From assembly GCA_965216565.1 (NCBI GenBank), contig OZ244170.1, forward strand, positions 4,256,001 to 4,320,000: 64,000 nucleotides of DNA, read 5' to 3'. The stretch is from Bythopirellula sp. Its GTDB lineage: Bacteria; Planctomycetota; Planctomycetia; Pirellulales; Lacipirellulaceae. The position numbers and the translations under genes are program-made. Within the stretch, counting starts at the first letter, position 1. The number at the start of each line of letters is the position of its first letter. The notes under the pieces are model-generated. The model made no database searches, was not told where the DNA came from, and saw only the letters and a list, made by a program, of their open reading frames with translations. Positions 39,935 to 49,775 of the stretch are shown in pieces.

Positions 39935-41428
39935 TTAGAACATCTGGCTTTGGCCTTTAGCGAACTTCTCGATATAGTTATCGACTTTGAATTTGCGTCG
40001 GGTACTGTCGCTGGTCATGTATCGAATCTTGCCGAAGATGGGCCGCTCGGGCCCCCACGCTCGGTCGTATCGTCCCAACACCCAGAAGATGCCGCTGTAG
40101 CTGTTCGGGTTTCTGCCGTCGACCGCATACTTGTTGTTCAATTCGATCATGATCCGCAGCGCTTCCTGCGGCGAACTGCTCCAATGCAGGATCTTTTTCC
40201 CCCACAACATCCGCAGATAGTTGTGCATACGACCCTCGGTAACCAATTGCATCTGAGCGGCATTCCAAAGCTCGTCATGTGTTTCGGCTTTTTCGAATTG
40301 TTCTAGGCTGTAGATAAACTCGCGCTCATCGTCGGCGTGTTCGGCCAAGGTCTCCTGCGCCCAGTCGGGAAGCGAGCTGTAGCGTGTGTAATCCTCGGTC
40401 TTCGAGCACATGTTGTAGCCCAGTTCCCGCCAGGTAATTAGCTCGTCGAGAAAGCTCTCTGCGGCTTCCCCAGTGCCCCACCAACCCGATCGGCTGCCGT
40501 TGGCTTTGTGCGATAGTTTGTTGATGTTCCAGTCAACTTTATCCATTAGCTCAGAAAATACTTCGTGCACTGAAATATGTCCGAAATGCAAATAGGGCGA
40601 CAGCCCACTGGTGGCCTGCTTCTCTGGATGATTCCGCTGTTCGCCGTAATTATCGATTCGATCGGAGAGAAAGGTCTTGAGTGTCTCTTTGGCGGCTTGC
40701 TCCCCACCGTCAAACACGGCCGGTTCGACGGAGTGATCGATGGGGAAGTCTGCCAGGCACGCAGCATCCTCAGCAAGTGAGATCGGATCCGCTACAGGCC
40801 AACGCTCAGTGATCTCCTCCGGCAATTCGAACTTGCCCGCGTCGCCCAGTTCTTGGAGCGGATCTTCATCGGGGAAATCAGTGAGATAGTTTGGAAGTTC
40901 TTTCTGTAGATAGCGGCGCAAATCGTAAGCACGGGAGAAGACCTTGTAGGTAGCTCGCATGGGTAGCAGGCCATTGGAATCAACCACTTCGAACTTCACC
41001 GGCAAACGCTCGGCTACCTTGGCTTGCATACGTGGCAAAAAGAAGCAGGGAAAGTCGTCACTAACCACAACAGAGGCTTTGTTCGCCAGTGCCATCAACA
41101 GCCCGTGGTCCGCCCCAGGTTCTGGTTCAAGATACGGATAGTAGATTGCAGGCGTATCTTCCAGGCGACGGGCATTATCCGCCATACCTTGAATAACAAA
41201 CCAGTGGAATCGATCGCTAGCCCAGCGATAATCGCACCGCAGCGCTTCGAGAATTACCAGTGGCTTGCCGAGATCGCGGGCATACTCCGCAGTTCGCTGC
41301 AACGCAAAGTTCCAGCGTGTCCGGCGGTTGGCAACCATCCAATACAACACAAACTGGGCATCGCTATCCACTTCCAGGGAATTGAGCGCACGAACGCGTA
41401 GCTCGGGGACAGACGCTTCAGAGGACAT
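39935..41428 (-). CDS. phrB: Deoxyribodipyrimidine photolyase, class II CPD type
   Basis: SGLSPYLHFGHIS, THDELWNAAQ, MHNYLRMLWGKK, DGRNPNSY, DRAWGPERPIFGKIRYM. Confidence 0.95.
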   Translation of the reverse strand: MSSEASVPELRVRALNSLEVDSDAQFVLYWMVANRRTRWNFALQRTAEYARDLGKPLVILEALRCDYRWASDRFHWFVIQGMADNARRLEDTPAIYYPYLEPEPGADHGLLMALANKASVVVSDDFPCFFLPRMQAKVAERLPVKFEVVDSNGLLPMRATYKVFSRAYDLRRYLQKELPNYLTDFPDEDPLQELGDAGKFELPEEITERWPVADPISLAEDAACLADFPIDHSVEPAVFDGGEQAAKETLKTFLSDRIDNYGEQRNHPEKQATSGLSPYLHFGHISVHEVFSELMDKVDWNINKLSHKANGSRSGWWGTGEAAESFLDELITWRELGYNMCSKTEDYTRYSSLPDWAQETLAEHADDEREFIYSLEQFEKAETHDELWNAAQMQLVTEGRMHNYLRMLWGKKILHWSSSPQEALRIMIELNNKYAVDGRNPNSYSGIFWVLGRYDRAWGPERPIFGKIRYMTSDSTRRKFKVDNYIEKFAKGQSQMF

Positions 41429-41521
41429 AGACCAATGTGGGGAATGGTGTGAACGAATTTAGGAGATAGTTTTCTCAACCGTAAACTGAGGTTGAGAATA
41501 ACGCCTTTCACCTAGAATCGT

Positions 41522-42841
41522 CTACTGCCCGGCTACATCGACGACCGGTCCTCGGATCTTAGACTGTTGGTGTTCAGCCAAGTCGACGATCTCCGACTCC
41601 GATTTACGATCCTTGGGCTGCCACAACTCGACTACAGGACGCGCATACTGTTCGCGATGGGCACGAAGAACTCGTCCAATTCGTCCATCTTTCAGTTCAA
41701 GATAGGATCCAATTGGATAAAGAGAAACCGTCTTGAGCAAGGCCCGGACGGCAGCACTGTCGAATTTGCCTTCTCGGACACCATGTAATAGATGGACTGC
41801 AGCAAAGTGAGGCATCATTGGGGGTCGGTGTGGACGCTGCGAGACCAGGGCAACAAACACATCAGCCACAGCAGCCACTTTAGCGGCTTCGTGAATCGCC
41901 GCCGCGCGGCGATTCCTGGGGTAGCCCGACCCATCGCAACGTTCATGGATTTGATAGGCCACCAAACGACTCAGGGGCGGAATGATGTGAGTGTTCGCTT
42001 CGAGAATCTCAAAGGTATGTAACGGATGCAACGCGACGGCGGCAAATTCTTTGGCCCCGAGGACCTTTTGGGAGTCGCGTATCTCTTGGGGGACACGCGA
42101 CATGCCAATGTCGTGCAATAGACAGCCCATGCCCAATTCGAGAATAGTTTTTTCATCCCAACCGAGCGTGACGCCGAGCGACGCAGCGAGCATGGCAACG
42201 TGGTAATTGTGCTTGCCGACAAACTGAGCTTCGCCCACGGTGATTCCCAGCTTGACAAAGAGATCCATATCCTCGGCCACCTGGGAGAGTGAATCCCGAG
42301 TAATGGATTGCGTTTGGCCAAGGTCCATCGCATGGCCCTTCTCCAACGAGACGACCAAGTTTTCCACCTGATCGCAAGACTCCTCGTACTGCTTTTCGAA
42401 CAGTTGTTCAGTCGCAGAATCGTAAGGAGTTACCCCATGCTCCTTCACCTGCTTAAGAAAGGCTGGGCCGGTGGTTTTGATGGATAGATTGCCGGGCCTG
42501 GTGATCTGTTGATCGAGTTGTTTGCTGACCTCTGTTTCATAGTCGCACGTGACTTTGCCATGGGCAGGCAGTGGGACAGAGTCATTCTCGCGAACAGTTT
42601 TTTCAACCTTGGGCTGCGGAGGAGTTTTCTTTTGCTCAGATGGCCGGATGTTTTTTGCAATTTCAAACGGCGCGTTATTGAGCAAAACGCCGTGATGTCG
42701 AGTATCGCACTGAGTGCAGTGCCAATACTCCCCCTCTTCGCTAATGGGGGCTGGCTCGATGGGGAGCATCAGGCGGCAGGCAACGCAGGGAGAACCTGTT
42801 TGCACCTCGCCTGCTGAGGAGTCCGTGGTAGCGGTTGGCAT
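41522..42841 (-). CDS. HD-GYP domain cyclic-dinucleotide phosphodiesterase
   Basis: LLHDIGM, HERCDGSGYP, AVADVFVAL..RPHR; N-terminal CxxC...CxxC. Confidence 0.9.
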   Translation of the reverse strand: MPTATTDSSAGEVQTGSPCVACRLMLPIEPAPISEEGEYWHCTQCDTRHHGVLLNNAPFEIAKNIRPSEQKKTPPQPKVEKTVRENDSVPLPAHGKVTCDYETEVSKQLDQQITRPGNLSIKTTGPAFLKQVKEHGVTPYDSATEQLFEKQYEESCDQVENLVVSLEKGHAMDLGQTQSITRDSLSQVAEDMDLFVKLGITVGEAQFVGKHNYHVAMLAASLGVTLGWDEKTILELGMGCLLHDIGMSRVPQEIRDSQKVLGAKEFAAVALHPLHTFEILEANTHIIPPLSRLVAYQIHERCDGSGYPRNRRAAAIHEAAKVAAVADVFVALVSQRPHRPPMMPHFAAVHLLHGVREGKFDSAAVRALLKTVSLYPIGSYLELKDGRIGRVLRAHREQYARPVVELWQPKDRKSESEIVDLAEHQQSKIRGPVVDVAGQ

Positions 42842-43041
42842 ATGCCTGACTTCCGGTTGTCAAAATCTTGAGCTGCGAATTTAATGTAGAGTCTTTAGAA
42901 CCATACGTTTTGATCGGAGTCCTGGCTGAAGAACTAGCACTGAAATGGTGCGAGAGTGTGATTGTCCGTACCTCTAAGGAGTGGGCTTAAGGAGGTTTCG
43001 GCGGGTTGTGATCGTGCTGAGGACAGTTCCGATTGTGCAAA

Positions 43042-43581
43042 TTAGCGATCTTCGATATCGCTCTTCCGGCTTTTTTTCACGATCCCGAACAGATGGCCCT
43101 GATGGTCTCCCCCAGTCCAGAAACCCGCGTAGTGATCGGCGTAGATCATCACTCGTGCTGAGTAGGTGCCTAGTCCTGGAAAGCCCATTTTATCGACGCA
43201 AATTACCGGCGTATCGCCTGCCCAGCGCACAGGCAGTGTTAGCGGTAGAGTGACATCGTGATCTCCGTACCGAATGCGAGCTTGGAACAGCCAAAACTCG
43301 CCTTTCACATGCATCACACCTTGCAGTTCGTACTCTTCTGTTGAAAGCTCTGTCTCTTTCTCGCCTGATATAGAAAAGTGCCCTGATAGCGTTACTCCGG
43401 AGAGTTGTTTCGCAAAAAGCTCGTTGCGTTCCATCTCGCTTAGCACCGAAGTGGATGGCGATTGTGCTACGGAATCGTCATGCTCAGGCTGAGCAATGGC
43501 CATGTAAGCTATCCCAGTTAAAGGTAAGGCAAACAGAACAACGAGAAGGAATTGGCTGGCATCTCTAATTGGCTTGTGCAT
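43042..43581 (-). CDS. Exported hypothetical protein
   Basis: N-terminal TM or signal; beta-rich domain (VRWAGDTPVI, YAGFW); AG-rich RBS. Confidence 0.8.
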   Translation of the reverse strand: MHKPIRDASQFLLVVLFALPLTGIAYMAIAQPEHDDSVAQSPSTSVLSEMERNELFAKQLSGVTLSGHFSISGEKETELSTEEYELQGVMHVKGEFWLFQARIRYGDHDVTLPLTLPVRWAGDTPVICVDKMGFPGLGTYSARVMIYADHYAGFWTGGDHQGHLFGIVKKSRKSDIEDR

Positions 43582-43671
43582 AGATTTCTCCTCTTCCGTT
43601 AATATCGCACAATGACGGTTCCAGTAGATAGTGGAGTGACCAATATTCTACGCACATAGAGGCCAGCGCAC

Positions 43672-43704
43672 AAAAAAGACCTCAGTCCACAAGGGCCAAG
43701 GTCT
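43672..43704 (-). terminator. Intrinsic terminator after the 43731-44237 gene
   Basis: Minus strand reads AGACCTTGGCCC-TTGT-GGACTGAGGTCT followed by a T tract. Confidence 0.65.
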
Positions 43705-43730
43705 GCCGAAGTTTCAGTCGATCGCAGCGT

Positions 43731-44237
43731 CTAACGCAAGCCAGGGTAGTAATTTCCTAAATTCATAAACTGTGAACTGGAACCGGTCGTTGGCATGCTC
43801 TGCACCGAGGTTCTGGACAATTCGGTATTTACCCTAGCGGTGCGAACCTGCTGACGTAGTTTTCTGATCTCCGCCTGCTGAGATTCCACGCTCTGCTGTT
43901 GTTCTCGTTGAGGCTTGTAAAATGCATAGTAGTTGGGAAGAGCGGTTCCCTCGTCAGTCACGAGGCCGAGTGAAAGATAAGGGCTGATTGTTGGTTGGCG
44001 TGAGACGTTTTGAAATGGTTTGCCACGCGCCGCAACGTTAACTGTTTGGCTTACGGGCCCAGCTAGTCTGCCTGTGGTAGGTTGCTGACGCGAACTGCCT
44101 CCTCCAAAGTAGGTGCTGGCTGCAGTTCGATATCCATTCTGCGCTAAAACATGTTCCGCCGAGATGGTTGTGAATAAGCAGATTGCGAAAAGGCAGGAGG
44201 ATCGTTTTAGGAGCTCGTTGTTCGGTAGGCGGTTCAT
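43731..44237 (-). CDS. Secreted hypothetical protein
   Basis: Signal peptide; PTISPYLSL, PNYY..PQ.EQ, FMNLGNYYP. Confidence 0.75.
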   Translation of the reverse strand: MNRLPNNELLKRSSCLFAICLFTTISAEHVLAQNGYRTAASTYFGGGSSRQQPTTGRLAGPVSQTVNVAARGKPFQNVSRQPTISPYLSLGLVTDEGTALPNYYAFYKPQREQQQSVESQQAEIRKLRQQVRTARVNTELSRTSVQSMPTTGSSSQFMNLGNYYPGLR

Positions 44238-44472
44238 TTAATCGTCCACTCTAGGCATAGGTGATTTAGAGAGCATTGGGCTCATAGCCTGTTTAATCGG
44301 CAAAGTTTGACATGCACCTTGTGCCTAAGTTCGGAATGCTGGCATGGACTCGTTGTCTTGTAATTCAAGACTCATCATCGATTTGCTAGCACAGCAGAGC
44401 ATCTAGGCTCGCAGAATTCATTTATGTCCTATTCCATAAAACCCCGATAAAAGCAGTCAGAAGTGGGTTTAC

Positions 44473-44501
44473 TTGACTTTCCTGACCAAATTACTTATGA
44501 T
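44473..44501 (+). promoter_or_regulatory. Sigma70-type promoter for cysH-rrf2
   Basis: TTGACT - 17 nt - TATGAT. Confidence 0.7.
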
Positions 44502-44510
44502 TGGTAGCCG

Positions 44511-45380
44511 ATGACGATTCCTTGCCGAGTAAAGTCCAGCCGAAGCGGCGAAGAAGCCCAGAGTCCTTTAAGAGTTTACAGACCAATGGATACTGCCACC
44601 GCCGATACCCAAGCGAGCGAAGTTAACACCAGTCGCCCCGCGGCACCGCCACTGGAGCCAACGCCCGAATTCCTCGCTGAACTTGCCGAGCAAAGTGCCA
44701 AGCTCGAGACAGCGACTCCGGAGGAGATCATTGCCTGGGGTCGAGAACGTTATGCTCCGCACTTGGCAATGGCGACCGCCTTCGGCCCCGAGGGTTGCTT
44801 GATTCTATCGATGCTCGCCAAAGCGGCACCGGACACCTATGTATTTAACCTCGATACGGGTTACCAGTTCCAGCAGACGCTTGATCTGCGAGATCGCATT
44901 GCCGAGAAGTACGGTATCGAGGCCGTGATGCTGCAGCCCGAGTTGACGGTACCGGAATACGAAGCAAAGCATGGCGGCCCGCTTTATAAAACCAACCCCA
45001 CGCAATGCTGCTTTGATCGCAAGATCAAAGTTCTTCAGCAGGCAGCCGAAGGCCAACACGCCTGGATGAGTGGTATTCGCCGCGACCAAAGTAGTGATCG
45101 CGCCCAAGCACCGATTGCAGGATGGGACAAGAAGTTCAACTTGGTAAAAATTAGCCCCTTAGCCAATTGGACTAAGCAGGATGTGTGGAAGCGGATCGTC
45201 TCGGAAGGTGTCCCCTACAACCCTCTGCACGACCAAGGCTATCCCAGCATTGGCTGCTGGCCTTGCACTCGCGCTGTAGTCGATGGCGATGGAGACGAAC
45301 GTGCCGGTCGCTGGAGTGGCACTGCTAAGACCGAATGCGGGCTGCATTCGATCGAGGAACGAGACGGTAGTGGTATCTAG
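44511..45380 (+). CDS. cysH: APS/PAPS reductase, Fe-S (APS reductase) type; alternative start 44586
   Basis: LDTGYQF, CC..RK, SGIRRDQ, GYPSIGCWPCT, RAGRW, KTECGLH. Confidence 0.95.
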   Translation: MTIPCRVKSSRSGEEAQSPLRVYRPMDTATADTQASEVNTSRPAAPPLEPTPEFLAELAEQSAKLETATPEEIIAWGRERYAPHLAMATAFGPEGCLILSMLAKAAPDTYVFNLDTGYQFQQTLDLRDRIAEKYGIEAVMLQPELTVPEYEAKHGGPLYKTNPTQCCFDRKIKVLQQAAEGQHAWMSGIRRDQSSDRAQAPIAGWDKKFNLVKISPLANWTKQDVWKRIVSEGVPYNPLHDQGYPSIGCWPCTRAVVDGDGDERAGRWSGTAKTECGLHSIEERDGSGI

Positions 45381-45457
45381 AGAAGAAGCGGCAAAATTCA
45401 ATTGCCCATGGGTGTCTTCTATCATTGCGACACGGCTCTCAAAACTGGATTTCGCAG

Positions 45458-45883
45458 ATGCATCTGACAGCCAAAACTGAATACGCATGCCTGGCGGTGC
45501 TGGAGCTGGCTCAACATTTTGAGGCGGATCGACCTGTCCAATTGCGTTTGGTGGCTGAGCGTCATGGCATTCCTGCTCAGTTCTTGGTGCAAATCTTACA
45601 GGAACTCAAGCGAGCCGGCTTGGTGACTAGCACTCGTGGGTCCTGCGGAGGCTATCGGCTCGCCAGTTCACCTCAAGAGACATCGCTGGCCGAGGTGATT
45701 GACGCGATCGAGGCTTCGGAAGACCCCAATCGCTGTGCCGCAGTCAAGTCTCCCTTAGCACCAGTCTTGATGGAAGTCTGTCATGAGCTGTCGGCCGCAC
45801 GACGCGCGTATCTGGAGGGGATCACGTTATCCGACCTTGTCGAGCGTGCCTGTGCTGGCCAGGATCCGATGTGGTACATCTGA
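45458..45883 (+). CDS. Rrf2-family transcriptional regulator (CymR-like)
   Basis: LTAKTEYA, FLVQILQELKRAGLVTSTRG..GGY.L. Confidence 0.92.
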   Translation: MHLTAKTEYACLAVLELAQHFEADRPVQLRLVAERHGIPAQFLVQILQELKRAGLVTSTRGSCGGYRLASSPQETSLAEVIDAIEASEDPNRCAAVKSPLAPVLMEVCHELSAARRAYLEGITLSDLVERACAGQDPMWYI

Positions 45884-45910
45884 GATCCAAGCCTCAAGAA
45901 TCGAGTCTTC

Positions 45911-46198
45911 TCAGTACCCTGGCTGAGAGGGATTGAGATTCTGAAACGATACCTCGCGCGGCATGTCGAGTTGCTCCGCAGCCAGGCGTAGGCAACGTAA
46001 GCCTTCTTTGAAATCACCCACCTGAAACACCAATAGGTGTTCGGTTGGCTCGTCGGCAGTAGGGTCGAATTGACGCAAATAGTTACTATAGATGCCCGCC
46101 GACTCACGCTCCAGAGCGTCGCGCAAAGGTTGGATAAACTGCTCCATGACCTGCTCGGGGTCGAGAGTCGAGCGAAATGATAAGCCGACTTTATCCAT
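45911..46198 (-). CDS. Small hypothetical protein
   Basis: Starts 18 nt after the DinB stop with AAGGA upstream (MDKVGLSF...). Confidence 0.6.
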   Translation of the reverse strand: MDKVGLSFRSTLDPEQVMEQFIQPLRDALERESAGIYSNYLRQFDPTADEPTEHLLVFQVGDFKEGLRCLRLAAEQLDMPREVSFQNLNPSQPGY

Positions 46199-46215
46199 AG
46201 GAATCCTTGTGGGCC

Positions 46216-46719
46216 TTAACCCATCAGTGGTGGCCTGCCCAAAGCTCTGCGGGCATCGGCCAGTTGTCCTCGATGCATGTAGGGATGAAACGCTACGGCG
46301 GAGAGCGCCTTGCCATAGGTTCCGAAAAAAGCCTCGCGACCCGGGGGACAATCGGCAGTCGCATTGTCGAGATCTTCATCTGTTAGCTTAGCCAACTGAG
46401 CCAAGGTGTTTTCACGAATTTCATCCCATTTGGCGATGATTTCTGGAATAGAGACGGTGTAAGTTGCAGCTTCATCTGATGGCTCGGTTCCGCGACCAAA
46501 CGAGTCGCCCCACTCAGCAAGTGGATGTGGGGTACCGAACATCAAGGGGCCGGTAAGCGATCCCTCGGAGTAGACCAAGTGACCGGCAATCCAGAGAGGA
46601 TGGTTGCCGCCGTTGGGCGTCGGAGCTGTTAACGGAGCATCGGCCAGATCTTCAAGTAGCGGCACGACCATGCCTTTGGAGGTTTCAATTTGTGCGGCTA
46701 ATAGATCGATAGCTTTCAT
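46216..46719 (-). CDS. DinB-family protein
   Basis: NHPLWIAGHL and HPYMHRGQL metal-binding His pattern. Confidence 0.88.
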   Translation of the reverse strand: MKAIDLLAAQIETSKGMVVPLLEDLADAPLTAPTPNGGNHPLWIAGHLVYSEGSLTGPLMFGTPHPLAEWGDSFGRGTEPSDEAATYTVSIPEIIAKWDEIRENTLAQLAKLTDEDLDNATADCPPGREAFFGTYGKALSAVAFHPYMHRGQLADARRALGRPPLMG

Positions 46720-46863
46720 CTTCGAGAGCCCTCCACTAGATTCAAGATTCATGACCAAGTCACAGATTACTAAGTATATCGCTTAGGCCGTTCGAGGGCA
46801 GCGGGCATAGAAACGCAATCTTGCTCCCAATTTCCACCGAAGCGTACAACACCAAGGCGAACA

Positions 46864-48207
46864 ATGATGAAACAACGCGTCCTTTGCTGGGTACTTGGGT
46901 CTGCCCTATTAGCCGCTCCTAAGGGCTGGGTCGATGCAAAACCAGTGCGCATTCTGAGAGACTTGCCCTACAAGACTGAGGGCTCGCCCTACGAAATGGC
47001 CAAGTGCAAGTTGGATTTGCACCTGCCAATGGACGAGGACAACTTTCCCATAGTGATTTGGCTTCATGGCGGCAGCTTGAAGCATGGTGCGAAAGACGCC
47101 GCGATTGAACAGAAAGTTGCCGCTCGTCTTACCAAATCGGGTGTGGGCTGTGCGAGTATCGACTACCGGCTTAGCCCGCGAGCTAAGTTCCCCGCGGCAG
47201 CGGAGGATGTGGCCGCTGCCGTGGCTTGGGTCCATGGTAGGATCGCTAAACATGGTGGTGATCCGGGAGCGATATTTCTCGGCGGACACTCAGCGGGCGG
47301 ATTCCTTGCCGCTATTGTAAGTAGCGATGCCAAGTATCTTGAAGTCCATGACTTATCGCCGAGCGAATTGTGTGGGGTAATTCCCATCAGCGGCCAGATG
47401 GCAACTCACACAACGATTTTGGAGGAACGTGGTATGGGAAGTGATCCGCGGGTTGTCGACGAAGCAGCACCACTATTTCATGTGAATAGCCCTACTCCAC
47501 CGCAGCTGGTCATTGTGGGTGGTTCCGACTTGCCCGGTCGAGAAGACGTCAATCGCGAATACGTCGCGGCTTTACAGAAAACGGGCAGAACAAACGTTAC
47601 ATTGCTCGTTGTGCCGAAAAGAGATCATCAGTCGATAGTCAACCAGATTCATCAACCGAACGATGAAGTAGCTCGGGCGATCCTGCAATTCGTCACCCAA
47701 CCTCAAGTATTGAAATTAACAAAAGCAGAAATCGGAGATATCAAACCTCTAAGTCGTTTCGGAAACATTTATCTTGGCGGTCAGCCGACACAAGAAGATT
47801 TGGAAGAGCTTTCTAAGCAAGGATTCCAAACGATTATAAATCTGCGTAAGCCCAATGAGATCGCGTGGAGCGAGGCAGATCAGGCCGCACAACTCAAATT
47901 GGAATATATCGCCCTGCCCTTCCAAAGCGCATCAGAACTCACTGACGAGCTGTTCGATTCAGCACTACAAACTCTTAGAAATCGGCAACAGGAGAAGACC
48001 TTATTGCACTGTGGCTCTTCCGTTCGAGTTGGCGCCATCTGGTACGCTTACCGCCGACTGGAACAAGGAGTGTCCCCCGAATTAGCCCTGCAGGAAGCCA
48101 TAATAGTTGGGCTACGCTCGCCGAATCTGCTGGAAGTAGCAGAGAATTATGTGGAGCAGCGAGAATCTTCCAAGTCTGAAGTTCCATCGTCCGATTCGGC
48201 AAGATAG
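46864..48207 (+). CDS. Secreted alpha/beta hydrolase fused to a DUF442/PTP-like domain
   Basis: LHGG, DYRLSP, GHSAGG nucleophile elbow; C-terminal GGQPT, IINLR, LLHCGSSVR (CX5R). Confidence 0.85.
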   Translation: MMKQRVLCWVLGSALLAAPKGWVDAKPVRILRDLPYKTEGSPYEMAKCKLDLHLPMDEDNFPIVIWLHGGSLKHGAKDAAIEQKVAARLTKSGVGCASIDYRLSPRAKFPAAAEDVAAAVAWVHGRIAKHGGDPGAIFLGGHSAGGFLAAIVSSDAKYLEVHDLSPSELCGVIPISGQMATHTTILEERGMGSDPRVVDEAAPLFHVNSPTPPQLVIVGGSDLPGREDVNREYVAALQKTGRTNVTLLVVPKRDHQSIVNQIHQPNDEVARAILQFVTQPQVLKLTKAEIGDIKPLSRFGNIYLGGQPTQEDLEELSKQGFQTIINLRKPNEIAWSEADQAAQLKLEYIALPFQSASELTDELFDSALQTLRNRQQEKTLLHCGSSVRVGAIWYAYRRLEQGVSPELALQEAIIVGLRSPNLLEVAENYVEQRESSKSEVPSSDSAR

Positions 48208-48259
48208 ATTATTAATAGTAGGAATTAGCAAAAGCCAGAATAGTTGCAGGAGTCGTATT

Positions 48260-48502
48260 ATGGTTGTTCGCGGACATGTCGAGGAAGGTCGCATCGTCTT
48301 AGACGAGGAAGCACCTCTCAAGGAAGGGATGAAGGTGCGCATAGAACTACTTGCTGAAACCACAACCAATGGTGAAAACGAGTCCGCGGAGTCCTCGTTG
48401 TACGATCGAATGAAGGAGTTTGTCGGCTCCGTTGAAGGGCTGCCAGCAGACGCGGCTGAGAACCACGATCATTATTTACATGGCCAGCCCAAGCGGCAGT
48501 AA
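48260..48502 (+). CDS. Putative antitoxin (VapB/AF2212-like)
   Basis: VRGHVEEGRIVL...LKEGMKVRI, LPADAAENHDHYL; directly upstream of a PIN gene. Confidence 0.8.
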   Translation: MVVRGHVEEGRIVLDEEAPLKEGMKVRIELLAETTTNGENESAESSLYDRMKEFVGSVEGLPADAAENHDHYLHGQPKRQ

Positions 48503-48503
48503 A

Positions 48504-48899
48504 ATGATTTTCGCGGATACCTACTACTTTCTGGCTATAGGCAACAGCAAAGATCAGGGTCATCAGACCTCAATTGAATTTGCAAAAAACTACTCAGGTT
48601 CACTCTTGACGACTGAGTGGGTGCTTACAGAAGTTGGTGATGCACTTTCTGGAACGAGTCAAAGAGAGAGGTTCATAGCACTTCTGGAGATGCTCTCCAG
48701 GGATAGTTTATGGACTGTCGAACATGCCACTCACGAGTTCTTTGAAAAAGCGGTCGAACTCTTCGCAAATCGAATTGACAAGTCCTGGTCGCTTACGGAT
48801 TGTGCTTCGTTTGTCCTAATGCAGGAGAAAGGCATCAAACAGGCTCTCACGGCGGATCGACATTTTCAACAGGCAGGTTTCGAGGCCTTATTGGCATGA
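48504..48899 (+). CDS. vapC: PIN-domain VapC toxin
   Basis: IFADTYYF, VLTEV, SLTDCASF, LTADRHF. Confidence 0.92.
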   Translation: MIFADTYYFLAIGNSKDQGHQTSIEFAKNYSGSLLTTEWVLTEVGDALSGTSQRERFIALLEMLSRDSLWTVEHATHEFFEKAVELFANRIDKSWSLTDCASFVLMQEKGIKQALTADRHFQQAGFEALLA

Positions 48900-48908
48900 G
48901 GTTAGACC

Positions 48909-49751
48909 GTGCAGGTGACATGCGAAAAATGCGATAAGTCTTATCTGGTACCAGATATTCACGGAGGGCTCGTTGCCAGATGCTCATCGTGTGATCATCG
49001 AATGGTTTTGCCAATTAGAGACGAAGAAAAGCTACTAGAGTGGGCTTGGTCTTCGGAGTGGAATCGATTGTTCAGTTTTCAAACGGGTGGTGGAGCTGGA
49101 GGGCACCGTCCAGAAGTGATCGACGAGTTGATCAGAATCTTTGAGAAGCGAAGAGCTATTGAGGCAGAGAAGTGTCGCCTGGACAGAGAAATCAAGGTGG
49201 CTGCAGATATAAAACCTTCCCAATGTTCGCCAACTCAATCCGAGTCGAGTAACGAAACTCGAAAGACGCCAAGAACTTTCACGAAGATCGAGGATTTACT
49301 CACACTTACACCTATCGAATTTGAACTGTTAATCGCTGGTCTTTTCAGTTGCCAGGGCTTCGAGGCATTTGCAGTGGGTGGAGCACACGATGGTGGAATT
49401 GACGTTCGGATGCTCACTCCGAATGGCAAGACGCTGTGGGGTGTGGCTCAATGTAAAAGATACTCGCCCAATCGACCCTTGGGTCCCGGAACTATCAGGG
49501 CTTTTCACGGAGCGTTCACACAGACTGTAGCAAAACTCGGATATGTTATTACGACTAGTCAGTTCACACCTTCGGCACGTGCAGCAGCGGAATCACTTTC
49601 ATGGCTAAGTTTGCTTGATGGTAGTGAGTTGCTTAAGCTCATTAGACATGTTGAAATAACCAGAGGAATCTCGATTAATCGAGATACTTACAGTCCCACG
49701 AAGGCTGAGCTTGAACTGCCAGAATCGCTATCAGATTCGAGCGAAGTTTAA
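48909..49751 (+). CDS. Mrr-like restriction endonuclease domain protein with N-terminal Zn ribbon
   Basis: CEKC...CSSC; EFELLIAGLF, DGGIDV, AQCKRY, ITTSQFT, LLDG. Confidence 0.82.
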   Translation: MQVTCEKCDKSYLVPDIHGGLVARCSSCDHRMVLPIRDEEKLLEWAWSSEWNRLFSFQTGGGAGGHRPEVIDELIRIFEKRRAIEAEKCRLDREIKVAADIKPSQCSPTQSESSNETRKTPRTFTKIEDLLTLTPIEFELLIAGLFSCQGFEAFAVGGAHDGGIDVRMLTPNGKTLWGVAQCKRYSPNRPLGPGTIRAFHGAFTQTVAKLGYVITTSQFTPSARAAAESLSWLSLLDGSELLKLIRHVEITRGISINRDTYSPTKAELELPESLSDSSEV

Positions 49752-49775
49752 ACTAATTAGTGAAGTAAACAAGGA

